Shown here: piece after piece, positions 40,475-51,359 of the stretch
Layout of the letters: every line of letters begins with the position of its first letter
Numbering within the stretch: position 1 is the first letter of the stretch
NCBI GenBank assembly: GCA_965216785.1
Contig: OZ244197.1
Location: forward strand, 3,008,001 to 3,072,000
Direction of reading: 5' to 3'
DNA: 64,000 nucleotides
Origin: Thermodesulfobacteriota bacterium
Lineage (GTDB): Bacteria; Desulfobacterota_D; UBA1144; Nemesobacterales; UBA2774
Made by a program: the position numbers and the translations under genes
The notes under the pieces: generated by a model
Database searches by the model: none
Told to the model about the DNA's origin: nothing
What the model saw: only the letters and a program-made list of their open reading frames with translations

Positions 40475-43400
40475 TTTCTCCGTTCTCTTTTTCCCGGCGC
40501 TCTTCTTCTTTTGCTTTTTCCTTCTCGAGCCCCGATTCCACAGGTTTTATCAAAGTCACGGGAATATTAAGGGTCTCTTTTATAATAGTAATGAGACCTG
40601 ATTTTAACGTATGTGGCGAAAGCTGTGATATTTCAGGATCAGACCAGCTGCCTGTGATCTTTACAGGTATCGACGAGCTCTTTTCTCCGAACAGCTGACT
40701 TATGAGCGGAATCTTATCGATAACCGAATCTACTGCTAATATTGGGATTACAACAAGCTCAAGATCTAGGCTCTTCTCAACAAGGTCCACAGAGCCGCTG
40801 CATGCGACTTTCAGTGACGGACCGTCCATCGCGGCCCTGGTAATGTTCATCTTACCGTCTTTAATCTCAGCGCTTGCTGTCAGAAGGTTATAAGGAAAGC
40901 CTTCTTCCGCGAAATCTGCGCCCTTTCCTCTGAAAATCTCTCCGAAATTCAGCACAGTTAAAAATTTCGCAAGCGCGCCGTATTTCTGCACCCGTCCGTC
41001 AATTGAGGTAAGCTTGAGCTCACCTTCAAGCGATTTCACTACATTCCCGTTACTTCCGTTTGAATATATATTGCCATCGAAATCGTATTCCCCCGTAATA
41101 ATTCCCGCCTTTTCAAACAAACAATCCAAAGTCTTTTCAAAATCTTCGCTTGTGGACTTGGGCTTAAAGTCCAATTTTAGCGCCGGCGGCGTTACTTCGA
41201 AATAACCCGGGGTGGATATACCGCAGAGCAAGGCGTTTTGTATATTTACATCTATATCCTGCCCTGAAAACTCCACGTCCCCGTCAACCGAGTCCCAGTT
41301 AAACCCCTTATATGTAAATGCCTGAGAATTAAAATTCACGTTGCCATATATCGGAGAGCGGGGCTTGTTAATTTTCTCAGGCTCTGTAACCTCAGGCTCT
41401 TGCCGATCTGTCTCGGGCTCTGTCCACTCGAACGAATCCGCGTTTACGTTAATATCAAGTCTATATTCCTTAGTCCGGGCCTCTGGTCCCGCGGTAAGTC
41501 CGCCTGTTTCAACCGCCTGAGAGTTTTTAGACGACTCAATGGTAACGCTTGAGTCGGAAATCGAAACATCTCCCAGCACGCTAATCTGCTTTGGCACTTT
41601 TACCATCTGAGATACTACGTTTGAGGTATCAGCATCGATATTACCACTGAAATTTAGCTCAAGACCGAAATTATGACTTAAATAGTCCCACATATTTAAG
41701 TCGACATTAACGGATGAGCTTTGCGTTTTAAGATTTGTCTCGGAAAAAGAGATATTGTCCGGCGTAACGTTAAAACTTGAATTCTCCGTAGTAACAGTCT
41801 CGTCCAGCCCTCTCAAAAGTACACCCAGACTTTTCATCTCCCCGGATGACTCTATTTTCCATTGCCGGGGCTCTAGGACAGGACCTGAGAAGCTAAAGGG
41901 CGAGAAGTGAAGCGAGCCGCTTAAAGACTCGATATGCCCAAGGTGCTTTTCCATCTGTTCATGTGATGACAACCACGGATAAAACTCCTTCAGATCAATA
42001 TTCATTGTCTCAGAATTTATTGTTAATAGGCGTATATCTTTCCACTTAAAAGAACCTGACATGGCGTTTGAGGTGAAAGCGCCGACCGATACATTCATAT
42101 CACCCACTTCTATAAATTTATCAGTGTAGTCAAACTTTCCTCCGTCTATTTTTACCGGGTACGGCACCCTGCCGTAATCGGCCGTCAGCACATAGGAGGT
42201 CGCTGAAAAACTCACTTTCGGAGATTTTTTATTATCCCCTACTACCATCTTCCCCTGTGCCCTGCCGTCAATATTCGTTATCATTGAAAGCTCTTCCTGA
42301 AAACCCTCGTCGTGAACGAACCTTTTTAGTAAAGGCGTTATGTCGTTTAAATCTGCATCTGCCTGTATGTCCAGGTTCAGTGGCCCGACCGGCCCTTCGG
42401 TACCGACAACCAAAGACCCTCCGCTACCGCTTGAGTTCCCCATCTTAGCATTTAAATTTTCCCCTTTCAGAAGACCGTCGGCTATAAGCGCATCACCGCT
42501 CACGTCTGTGAGGTCAAGCTCTGCCCCGGGTATAAAGATTTTTCCGTCTTCCATTTTACCCTTTACAACATAGTTGCCTTTATGAAATAGGTCTTTAATA
42601 GAGCTGCCCTTGGCCGTGAGTGTAATCTCGGGTACTGTGCCGCCCTTTACTATCTTAAAGATTGTATCGACAACATGGTTATGCCCCGCTGTCAGTAGCG
42701 CTCCCTTTCTTGCAGGCTCCACTACGACATCTTTACCCTCAATATTTAAAGTCATTTCACCCTTGGTTTTGTCACTGCTAAAACTGCCTTTTGCCTTTAA
42801 GCCAGGGTTTAACAGGTTAGCTTTATTTAAATTTACTCTAGCGGTATTTTGATCCGCATATATATCTACTTGAAGATCTTTACCGGATATTTTGAGCTCC
42901 TCGCCTCCCTTAGCAAGGGTAAGCTTATGAGTCGGGCTTTTAAGTTTTAGATTAAATACCTCTAGCTCTTTTATATCAAACCCCAGTGTTAGGTCTACGT
43001 TTGACTCGCTAAATAGATTCTCTTCAGGCTTTATTAGGTTAATTACTTTATGGGGGTGGAAGCCTATGAGTCTGAGTGATCCGCGGGTATCATAGCTCTC
43101 TGTATTCACCCAGCCGTTAAAAACAATTCGATCGGATAAACTGGAATTGCCTGTGACGTACAGATTCAACTTATCGTTAGGGTAATCGATTGTAGAGTTA
43201 AAGCGGTTCAAGTATAAGTAATCATCACCATTCTTTACAATGCTCAGCTCACCGTTTTTTATCTCCAGCTTACTGTCTTTTTCATTCGTATCGAGAAAAT
43301 TAAGGACAGTAATAACCTTGGATTTAAAGCCTTTAAGCGTCAAAGGTTCCGCCGCAGGCACTTTTATCTCATCCGGGTTCTCTTCCATAAAAAATTTAAC

Positions 43401-43751
43401 AGAGGGGTTCACGATCCGCACATAATAGGGTTTTACATCCCCTTTAAGTAAAGGCAGAATTTTCGGATATACAATCAGGGTCTCAAAGCTTGCATCCAGC
43501 TTATCGGGTATAGACAATTGCCCCCCTGTTATAACAACATGGGGATGGATGATATAATTCAAGCTAATATCTTGAATTTCACCAATTCCGCCTGTTTTTT
43601 CAGACAAAACGGTCAGTATCTTACTTTTGATAAGCTCGGGGTTTACATAGCGTGTAAAAAGATACAGGCATACAGCACCGATAATAATAATAACGGTAAA
43701 CAAAGCGCCTAACCATATTGCGATTTTTCTTAACTTTCCGTGAGAATTCAT
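40449..43751 (-). CDS. AsmA-like (AsmA/TamB/YhdP superfamily) protein
   Basis: Single N-terminal TM segment, long beta-rich body and an AsmA_2-like C-terminus (GFPY...DGPSL..G.VDL...IP..GSWSDP). Confidence 0.8.
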   Translation of the reverse strand: MNSHGKLRKIAIWLGALFTVIIIIGAVCLYLFTRYVNPELIKSKILTVLSEKTGGIGEIQDISLNYIIHPHVVITGGQLSIPDKLDASFETLIVYPKILPLLKGDVKPYYVRIVNPSVKFFMEENPDEIKVPAAEPLTLKGFKSKVITVLNFLDTNEKDSKLEIKNGELSIVKNGDDYLYLNRFNSTIDYPNDKLNLYVTGNSSLSDRIVFNGWVNTESYDTRGSLRLIGFHPHKVINLIKPEENLFSESNVDLTLGFDIKELEVFNLKLKSPTHKLTLAKGGEELKISGKDLQVDIYADQNTARVNLNKANLLNPGLKAKGSFSSDKTKGEMTLNIEGKDVVVEPARKGALLTAGHNHVVDTIFKIVKGGTVPEITLTAKGSSIKDLFHKGNYVVKGKMEDGKIFIPGAELDLTDVSGDALIADGLLKGENLNAKMGNSSGSGGSLVVGTEGPVGPLNLDIQADADLNDITPLLKRFVHDEGFQEELSMITNIDGRAQGKMVVGDNKKSPKVSFSATSYVLTADYGRVPYPVKIDGGKFDYTDKFIEVGDMNVSVGAFTSNAMSGSFKWKDIRLLTINSETMNIDLKEFYPWLSSHEQMEKHLGHIESLSGSLHFSPFSFSGPVLEPRQWKIESSGEMKSLGVLLRGLDETVTTENSSFNVTPDNISFSETNLKTQSSSVNVDLNMWDYLSHNFGLELNFSGNIDADTSNVVSQMVKVPKQISVLGDVSISDSSVTIESSKNSQAVETGGLTAGPEARTKEYRLDINVNADSFEWTEPETDRQEPEVTEPEKINKPRSPIYGNVNFNSQAFTYKGFNWDSVDGDVEFSGQDIDVNIQNALLCGISTPGYFEVTPPALKLDFKPKSTSEDFEKTLDCLFEKAGIITGEYDFDGNIYSNGSNGNVVKSLEGELKLTSIDGRVQKYGALAKFLTVLNFGEIFRGKGADFAEEGFPYNLLTASAEIKDGKMNITRAAMDGPSLKVACSGSVDLVEKSLDLELVVIPILAVDSVIDKIPLISQLFGEKSSSIPVKITGSWSDPEISQLSPHTLKSGLITIIKETLNIPVTLIKPVESGLEKEKAKEEERREKENGENGENGEQD

Positions 43752-43938
43752 AAATCTGACATCTGGTATATATAGAGCCGGCTGAATGAAATAATGAGTG
43801 AATTGGCCTAAAACCTACCCTTATTATGATAACCTATACTCCTATACTCCACAATCAGTTTTTCTCCCCAAATCACAATATTTAGGATTTTACTGAGCGT
43901 ACAGCAAACGACTAATATAACAGGGATTTATGTTTGAA

Positions 43939-45471
43939 TTAGGCAGAGTTAGATTGTTTGGAGTCTACGAACAGGATCGCCAAAACAGCGCCAGCCAAAG
44001 CGAGGGCCGCGGCGACCCATAGACCGGTTTTAATGCCCGTGACGTAGGCGTGGTGTATATGAGGCAGAAGCTCTCCGAACTGCTGCTGCCCGAAATCACT
44101 TATTAACTTTTCTTTACCCGCGCTCCCAACTACAAACCCCATAAGGTCCGTCATATGTCCGTCACTTATGCTTAAACCGATCGTCTCAAGGCTTGACATG
44201 AGATCCTTTCTTGCAACATCGGTGAATATCGTTGTCACGACAGCAAGACCGAGCGCGCCCCCAACTAGCTGAAACATATATACAATACCGCCAGCAAGGC
44301 TCGTTCTGGATTCCCTGACCGCTCCAACAGCCGCTGTGGTTATGGAGGGTACTGCTAAACCTAGCCCTATACCGGCTATAACTAGCGCGGGCAAGCTATC
44401 ATAATAGCTATCTCCGAATCCAAACAAGGCTACGGCGATTGTGCCCACACCTGTAAACAGCATACCAATCGTTACAGACAACTTGGCTCCGATCCTATTG
44501 AATATCGGACCCGACATAGGTGCTACGATTGCGAACATCAAGAGCATGGGCACTAGCGCCCCTCCCGCCCCAAGAGGTGAATACCCTTTAAATTTCTCAA
44601 GATACTGAGGCATATAGAGTAAAATCGTGAAGAATGCCGGTATGACCGTAAACATAATAGTGGCGTTTATCATGAACGGGAAGTTCTGCATCACGTCTTT
44701 TGGTATTAACGCTTCATTCTTCCCTCTCTCAATAGGAATGAATATCAACATAAAAACTATAAATACAATAAGGAGAGAGATAGTTTTATAAGAGCCCCAG
44801 CCCCATGTAGGGGACTGATTCAAGGCATACATGAGGGCGACAAGCGCAATTGAGATTGTCGCTATGCCAAGATAGTCGACCTTCTTTTCCCCTTTTTCCG
44901 CAATCTGCTCGTCTACATTGAAATAGGTAAGCACTCCGGCGATCAAAGCAAGCGGCACGTTTACAAACAGCACCCAGCGCCAGGACAGAAGCTCAGTTAT
45001 GCCGCCTCCGATTAACGGCCCCGCGGCGTTACCCACGCCCGCCGCGCCCAAAATCAACCCTACAGCAAGACCTTTTTGCTCGTCACTAACCGAGGAGTAC
45101 ACGATGCCCAGGATAGCGGGCCATAGAAGCGCCGCGCCTACACCCTGAATGACCCTGGCGCCTATCAATATCTCCGGGCTCCAGGCCAGTCCCCCCATAA
45201 GAGAAGCAAGCCCGAAGACAACTACACCCATGTAGAAGATCTTTCTGCGGCCAAACGTGTCGGCAAGCCTACCGCACGTTACCATCAAAACCCCGAAAGA
45301 GAGCGCGTAGCCGTTAACTACCCATTCTACGACGCCGATAGTGGTAAGAAAATCTTTTTCAATTGCTGGAAGGGCTACATTTATAGACGCAATATCAACA
45401 GCTATAACACCCACCCCTATTCCCATAGCTATGAATGTGAGTATTTGTTTTCTGGTCATTTCCGAACCCAA
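43939..45471 (-). CDS. MFS transporter, DHA2 (14-TM) type
   Basis: D....NVALP, WVVNGY, GRLADTFGRR, ARVIQGVG and WRWVLFVNVP motifs. Confidence 0.92.
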   Translation of the reverse strand: MGSEMTRKQILTFIAMGIGVGVIAVDIASINVALPAIEKDFLTTIGVVEWVVNGYALSFGVLMVTCGRLADTFGRRKIFYMGVVVFGLASLMGGLAWSPEILIGARVIQGVGAALLWPAILGIVYSSVSDEQKGLAVGLILGAAGVGNAAGPLIGGGITELLSWRWVLFVNVPLALIAGVLTYFNVDEQIAEKGEKKVDYLGIATISIALVALMYALNQSPTWGWGSYKTISLLIVFIVFMLIFIPIERGKNEALIPKDVMQNFPFMINATIMFTVIPAFFTILLYMPQYLEKFKGYSPLGAGGALVPMLLMFAIVAPMSGPIFNRIGAKLSVTIGMLFTGVGTIAVALFGFGDSYYDSLPALVIAGIGLGLAVPSITTAAVGAVRESRTSLAGGIVYMFQLVGGALGLAVVTTIFTDVARKDLMSSLETIGLSISDGHMTDLMGFVVGSAGKEKLISDFGQQQFGELLPHIHHAYVTGIKTGLWVAAALALAGAVLAILFVDSKQSNSA

Positions 45472-45603
45472 GGTGTTATAATGATCATCTTATCTCATAA
45501 ATATGTTATTATTATCAGCTCTGGGTCGATATTGCAGTTGTAAAGCACGTAAATACCATAAACGTTAAATTCAAAAAATACCATATATAGAGGAGAGAGA
45601 TAT

Positions 45604-46404
45604 ATGAGAATTTTAAGTTTATTTCTATTGGCTGCGTTCATGTTTGTTTCAACGAGCGCCCTCGCAGAGGTTGTAGGTAAGGACGTAGAGTATAAATCTA
45701 ACGGCACTACGCTTAAGGGGTATCTCGCCTACGACAACAGCATAGAAGGCAAAAGACCCGGCATTTTGGTAGTGCACGAGTGGTGGGGTCATAACGACTT
45801 TGCAAGAAGTAGAGCCGATAAGCTTGCGGCGCTTGGCTACACTGCGCTTGCCGTTGATATGTACGGGGACGGTACAAAGGCAGACCACCCTGATAAAGCC
45901 GGTGAGCTTGCGACGGGAGTGCTGTCGAATATGGACGTGGCCGAAAAGAGGTTTCAGGCCGCGCTTGACCTACTTAAAGAGCAAAGCACTGTAAATCCAG
46001 AGCACGTAGCCGCGATCGGGTACTGCTTCGGAGGCGCTGTCGTTCTGAATATGGCCCTTCGTGGAGTGGATTTGGACGGAGTTGCAAGTTTTCACGGGAT
46101 TCTGCCGCAGGAAGCTCCCGAGAACGCAGAGCCAAAAGCTAAAATTATTGTTTTCCACGGTGGGGACGACCCGTTTGTCCCAAAGGAGCAGTTTGATACT
46201 TTTAAGAAAGTGATGGAAGACAGCAGCGCCGACTATACGCTAGTTGTTTACCCAGGTGTACAGCACAGCTTTACAAACCCGGGCGCTGATGAATACGGTA
46301 AGAAGTTTGAGCTGCCGCTTGTCTATGACAAAGACGCAGACGAAAAATCTTGGGAGCAGTTCCAGGCTTTCTTGAAAACGATCTTTCAGCCCGAGAATAA
46401 CTGA
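45604..46404 (+). CDS. Secreted dienelactone hydrolase family protein
   Basis: Signal peptide, HEWWG, GYCFGG, HG.DD and HSFTNP motifs. Confidence 0.92.
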   Translation: MRILSLFLLAAFMFVSTSALAEVVGKDVEYKSNGTTLKGYLAYDNSIEGKRPGILVVHEWWGHNDFARSRADKLAALGYTALAVDMYGDGTKADHPDKAGELATGVLSNMDVAEKRFQAALDLLKEQSTVNPEHVAAIGYCFGGAVVLNMALRGVDLDGVASFHGILPQEAPENAEPKAKIIVFHGGDDPFVPKEQFDTFKKVMEDSSADYTLVVYPGVQHSFTNPGADEYGKKFELPLVYDKDADEKSWEQFQAFLKTIFQPENN

Positions 46405-46419
46405 TTGAATTATAATTAT

Positions 46420-46456
46420 GGGCGGAGGAACACACTGTGTATTTCCGCCCTTCTTT
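46420..46456. terminator. Hairpin terminator between convergent genes
   Basis: GGGCGGA...TTCCGCCC stem followed by TTCTTT. Confidence 0.6.
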
Positions 46457-47738
46457 ATATATCCACAGATAACTGAAAACCTATGACCAGGGCGTTGGGT
46501 ATATCACCCGAGCCTCCGGGATGCACGACGTACTGTATGTCCGGCTGTAAATTCAGCCACTCTGTAATCTCAATTATATGCGTCGCTTCCAATAACAACT
46601 CGAAATCCTTACCACGAACATCCTCACTAACTTTGCCGTACGCAAAAGCAATTGCTGTTTTATCCCGGTCTCTTTTCCTAATTAGCCCCTTGTATACCAG
46701 ACCGCCCGATAAATATAATGGGAATGTGTTAATATCCTCTTGAGGCGCATACGTGATCGCTCCCCAAGGTGTTAGGCCCTGATCCGTTGATTCGCTTTCC
46801 AGGTATACCGTCTGCTCGCCGATCAGATAAAATCCGTAATTACCTTCATTATTAGTTACAGTACTGTTGACATCACCAATTTGAGTAAAGCTTAGGGTGT
46901 TATAGTAAGCGCCGAATTTATATTTACCGGGTTTTCCGTTCGAGCCGCTCTTTTGATTGAGCAAATAACCTATCTCGCCGATAAATATCGCGCCGTCCCC
47001 AAAAGTGAAATCCACACCGTGGGCGCTATCCCTGACAAGGTTGGGGTTTGAGTTGTAAACGCCCGCCATAACATAAACCTCATCAACCGGAGCACCCCTG
47101 AGCCAAGCACCCCACGAGGCCTGAGGACTACTGAAGAAGCCCGGGATATTGATAAGAAGACTCACCGGATTCTCATTAAAAGCCAAACTAACGTAGTTGT
47201 ATAATACGCTCGATGTAGCAAACTTGTCCCCCACAGCCATACGTCCGAAAGCGAAGTTTAACTTGCCTTCCAAGAGATCGGTCCTTAAAAACATCTGGTA
47301 CAGTCTTACAGACTGGCCGCTGAATATACTCGATACGTTAAAAAAGTTACCTATATCCCTATTTGTCAGGCTTTTGCCCGAGGCCCATGAGCCCGAGACA
47401 ACAAACCTGGTACCACCAATATTGAGGAGCTTCTCAAGATCAAAATTGAGAAACGCGTTCAAAAGCCCCGCGTACTGAACCCCCTTCTTTTCTCCCCCTA
47501 CCGGGTTACCGAGTATTGACGTGTAGTACCTCGCCGTTGGAGTAACGCCCGATTCGATTAATTTATCCCTAAAACCTCCCCACCCACCCGTCATAAACTT
47601 TGTCGTATCAATTTGTGCGGTTGAGTTAAGGTCCCTCCCATCAGAAAGACTGTCATTACTCGTCTGAGCTGGAGCATTTGGTGTAAATAAAATCGTTAAC
47701 AGTAATAATGCGAGCAGAAATTTGCGATGAGCTTTCAT
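46455..47738 (-). CDS. OprB-family carbohydrate-selective porin
   Basis: TGGWGG.RD.L, NPVGG, PGKYKFG and LQPDIQYVVHPGG motifs. Confidence 0.9.
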   Translation of the reverse strand: MKAHRKFLLALLLLTILFTPNAPAQTSNDSLSDGRDLNSTAQIDTTKFMTGGWGGFRDKLIESGVTPTARYYTSILGNPVGGEKKGVQYAGLLNAFLNFDLEKLLNIGGTRFVVSGSWASGKSLTNRDIGNFFNVSSIFSGQSVRLYQMFLRTDLLEGKLNFAFGRMAVGDKFATSSVLYNYVSLAFNENPVSLLINIPGFFSSPQASWGAWLRGAPVDEVYVMAGVYNSNPNLVRDSAHGVDFTFGDGAIFIGEIGYLLNQKSGSNGKPGKYKFGAYYNTLSFTQIGDVNSTVTNNEGNYGFYLIGEQTVYLESESTDQGLTPWGAITYAPQEDINTFPLYLSGGLVYKGLIRKRDRDKTAIAFAYGKVSEDVRGKDFELLLEATHIIEITEWLNLQPDIQYVVHPGGSGDIPNALVIGFQLSVDI

Positions 47739-47836
47739 AGTGCGCTATTCCAAAACAAATATAAAGCTGTCGATACTTGACTAAAAGAGTATTCAAAGTT
47801 AATTAGACCTGAAATTTGCTGTTAAGAAAAATATTG

Positions 47837-49543
47837 TTAGAAAATACCCCAGAAGGAATCGTGTAGATCGTACCCGGTCTCGTCCCAAAGAGCGCAATTG
47901 GCATTCAGGTCAGAGACCGTTTTAATTTGATCCACAGGCGTTTTGAATACGAGCCTGTGGCCGTCATTACCGAACGGTGGCCATCTAACAATACCTGATT
48001 CGGGTTTGAGTTCTTTTGCAAAGCTGGTCCAGTAATCGATCATTAAATCCGAAAGCCTGCTTTCCTGAGGGGTAAAGCTAAAGCCCTTGTTGCTAGCAGT
48101 GTGAAACACGTAGGGCAGCTCGGCTGCGTGACAGACAGTCTCTGCGCAGGCGGGGGTTTTCGGCCAATAATTAAAAGACGATACATGATTAAAAGCGTAT
48201 GACCACGTATCGGGGGATGAGTGCTTTGCTGCATACTGCGTCGGACAGATGAACAGATAATCCGTAGCCACTCTTGAAATAACAGCCGTGTTATCGCCCT
48301 CAACGGGCGGATATTTCTCGTAAATTTTCTTTCGGAGCGCGTGATCGCGTATAATAAAATCCAGCATCAGTTTATAATCCAAAGATGAAAGAGCCTTCTT
48401 TTTTACTGCAGCTTTTGTGAGCTCGATGAATAACACACCCTCGTTTTTATTCGTGCCTATGATTATGGGAGTTTTAAGCTTCCCTTGTGATATAGCGCTA
48501 ATAGGCTGCTCTGTGATCACCTGCCCGTCTATCACAGGAGCCCATGATAACAAGTCCACTATTCCGTGAAAGATTGTAGGCCATAATAAATTCTTTTGCG
48601 CCTGAGCGTAGAGCACAACTTCTGCGAGCTTACCCCTCATACATTTAACATCGTCCTCAGCGCATCCGAGATCATGAGTGAACCTTTTCGAGATAGCGTG
48701 CGCATCTTTTAGAGTTCTGTAAGGGATCCCAAGTGGGTTACTTTCCATTATCACGGCTCTAAACAGGCCTTTTGATGCAGGTGATGAAACCAGATGGAGT
48801 CCCGTGCTCATAGCGCCCGCGCTCTCGCCGTAAATAGTGACTTTCGATGGGTCTCCGCCAAATGCGCTTATATTTTCCTGTACCCACTTAAGCGCGAGTA
48901 TCTGATCCAAAAAACCGTAATTACCGTTAATTTCCTCCCCGGTGGATTTATCCTTTAACCCGGCTAGAAACCCGAGGGCGCCGATGCGGTAGTTAAGGCT
49001 GACCACCACTACATCTCCTCTGGCTGCGGCGTATGCTCCATCGTAGGTGGGCTCAGCGCTCGATCCGTATACAAAAGCCCCTCCGTAAATAAATACCATT
49101 ACGGCCCTGGGCTCTTTAGAAGCGCTGGCCGGTGTCCAAACATTTACCGTAAGACAGTCCTCCGATTGAGGGCTAATAGCAGAACTCTGCGGGCAGGAAG
49201 GCCCGAACCGAGTCGCTTTCAAATCTCCCTCCCAGGACTTTACCGGCACAGGAGCGCGCCAGCGGTTATCCCCCGCAGTTGACTCGGCAAACGGGATACC
49301 CAGGTAGGCGTTTATTTTCTTTCCGGAAATAGGTGATACGACTTTACCGCATAAAATGCCTTGCTCGGTCTGAATGGTGCTTGTTCTACAATCTGGCAGA
49401 CCGATCCTCTCGTAGTTTTCACTGATCAGAACCTGAGTGGACTTTTCGGGAGCAGGCTTGGAGGGAGCCTGGCGGCTTGCGCAGCTGTACATAATAACTA
49501 CTACAAGGATTACGCCTGCTAAGAATACTTTCCGCAAATTCAT
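47837..49543 (-). CDS. Type-B carboxylesterase/lipase family lipoprotein
   Basis: Lipobox-like MYSC, YLGIPFA, SEDCL, YGGAF, GESAG (Ser), NEG (Glu) and CHAAEL (His). Confidence 0.93.
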   Translation of the reverse strand: MNLRKVFLAGVILVVVIMYSCASRQAPSKPAPEKSTQVLISENYERIGLPDCRTSTIQTEQGILCGKVVSPISGKKINAYLGIPFAESTAGDNRWRAPVPVKSWEGDLKATRFGPSCPQSSAISPQSEDCLTVNVWTPASASKEPRAVMVFIYGGAFVYGSSAEPTYDGAYAAARGDVVVVSLNYRIGALGFLAGLKDKSTGEEINGNYGFLDQILALKWVQENISAFGGDPSKVTIYGESAGAMSTGLHLVSSPASKGLFRAVIMESNPLGIPYRTLKDAHAISKRFTHDLGCAEDDVKCMRGKLAEVVLYAQAQKNLLWPTIFHGIVDLLSWAPVIDGQVITEQPISAISQGKLKTPIIIGTNKNEGVLFIELTKAAVKKKALSSLDYKLMLDFIIRDHALRKKIYEKYPPVEGDNTAVISRVATDYLFICPTQYAAKHSSPDTWSYAFNHVSSFNYWPKTPACAETVCHAAELPYVFHTASNKGFSFTPQESRLSDLMIDYWTSFAKELKPESGIVRWPPFGNDGHRLVFKTPVDQIKTVSDLNANCALWDETGYDLHDSFWGIF

Positions 49544-49560
49544 AATCTAACCGAAAAGGC

Positions 49561-50307
49561 TCACCTATGCTCGGGGTTCTCATAATCAAACCTGCACCCC
49601 GCGTCCCACTCAGAGCGCTGGTTGCCATGCGCCGGAATACCACCCTCGTCCTTAAGCATCTTTGCCAGGTGCATAAGGTTCCAGGTCATAAAAGTGGTGT
49701 TGCGGTTAGTGAAATCATTCTCCGGTCCACCTGAGCCCGGGTCAAGGTATGAGGGCCCTGGGCCCGCCTCCCCAAGCCACCCGGCGTCTGCCTGAGGCGG
49801 TATCGTATACCCCAGGTGCTGCAGCGAATACAGTATGTTCATCGAGCAGTGCTTGGCTCCATCTTCGTTCCCGGTTATAAGACACCCGCCTACTTTGCCG
49901 TAGTCTGCGTACTGTCCGTTCTCGTTAAGTAAATGTGAGTTCGCATACAGTCTTTCGATTACCTGCGTGCATACTGAGGTCTTCTCCCCGAGCCATATGG
50001 CAGAGCCGAGTATGAGGATATTACAAGCCTTTACCTTCTCGTAAATCATCGGCCAGTCGTCCTTATCCCATCCGTGCTCTGTCATATCGGGATAAACTCC
50101 AAAGGCAATGTCGTAATCAATTGGCCTAAGAAGCTCGACCTCAATACCGTTTTTTTCCATAATTGTTTTGGAGATTGATATAAGCCCCTCGGTATGAGAG
50201 CGCTCGGGCGATCTCTTGAGAGTGCAGTTAAGAATTAACGCTTTTAAGTCAGAAAAATCCCACTTACTCTCCTCACACATCTTAAGCTGTTTCTCGTTAA
50301 GTTCCAT
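49561..50307 (-). CDS. Flavodoxin-like / NADPH-dependent FMN reductase family protein
   Basis: NCTLKRSP..SHT, IWLGEK.SVC, TGNEDG and GPGPSYLD motifs. Confidence 0.85.
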   Translation of the reverse strand: MELNEKQLKMCEESKWDFSDLKALILNCTLKRSPERSHTEGLISISKTIMEKNGIEVELLRPIDYDIAFGVYPDMTEHGWDKDDWPMIYEKVKACNILILGSAIWLGEKTSVCTQVIERLYANSHLLNENGQYADYGKVGGCLITGNEDGAKHCSMNILYSLQHLGYTIPPQADAGWLGEAGPGPSYLDPGSGGPENDFTNRNTTFMTWNLMHLAKMLKDEGGIPAHGNQRSEWDAGCRFDYENPEHR

Positions 50308-50455
50308 TTGATTCCTCCTGTTTTTGATTAAACCTTATACCGACTACATATATCGTTTAGATAGAGATACGTTCATATTATCAAAAGAGATTCATCTTTA
50401 TTAGAGCTATCAAGTAATACACTTGATTCAGACATTGTTACTATACTGCTGATTG

Positions 50456-51271
50456 TTATGTAAATATTAATGCTATGCCAATTCCTACTGCCAGGATTAT
50501 GAAGCTGAGCACAGTAACCTTTGCGATCTCAAAAGAGCTTGGCTTTTCCATATCCATGCCGCCCATCTGCATATCCCCCATGCCTTTAGCGGCATCTTCC
50601 TCCAATGCATCTTTCGGTCTCACGGTCATCATGCCGTGCTTTAAGTGATTTGAGACGAGCCACCAATTCATCGGATAGGCGGCGATGAACCCGCACAGCA
50701 GCGCCATCGACATAATGAACCAGAACGCCGGGCTGAGAGGGCTTTCACTTCCCGGAACATAAGACTTGGCGATGCTCGAGACGGGGACCATGGCGGCCAT
50801 AAGGCAGTTCATCGACACGAGCTCGGGAATGAAGGTATTGTAAAGCGCTTTCCCGTACGTGCCTCCGGCGGTGTTTTTCATAAAAAGGGCCTGGAAGATG
50901 GTCCAGCCGAATCCGAAACCCAAAACGTACTCTAATCCTATGTCGGCCAGCATGGAAAGTGAAAGCAGGCTGCCTATCACAGCGCCCGCGAGAATTCCCA
51001 CTCCGTCACCCGCCACGCAGTGCATCGTAGAGCCCAGCACCTGCCGCCAGAGCACATTTACATAACGCTCATGAACCCCGGGTAACGGCTCTCTGCAGCC
51101 GAGCGCGTAGAGGAAAGCGCCGACCGGGCCCGTGTAGGCCGTAAGTAGTATGAACCCCCACTTTAGCACTTTGGATTCAGGGGTATGACGTATATCAATC
51201 GCGACGAATATTACCGAGATAGCGGTAAGGATAAACCACAGCAACATAACACCGTTTAGCATACTCTCCAC
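50456..51271 (-). CDS. DUF4396 membrane protein
   Basis: HCVAGDG, GF..AYPMNWWLV..LKHGM signature and a Met-rich linker. Confidence 0.85.
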   Translation of the reverse strand: MESMLNGVMLLWFILTAISVIFVAIDIRHTPESKVLKWGFILLTAYTGPVGAFLYALGCREPLPGVHERYVNVLWRQVLGSTMHCVAGDGVGILAGAVIGSLLSLSMLADIGLEYVLGFGFGWTIFQALFMKNTAGGTYGKALYNTFIPELVSMNCLMAAMVPVSSIAKSYVPGSESPLSPAFWFIMSMALLCGFIAAYPMNWWLVSNHLKHGMMTVRPKDALEEDAAKGMGDMQMGGMDMEKPSSFEIAKVTVLSFIILAVGIGIALIFT

Positions 51272-51359
51272 CTTCCTGTTTAACTTTTACTCAGGCACCT
51301 TGTTTAATCTATCCTAATCCTCACGGGGGAAATATTCAAGTAAATTCCTACATAGGACT

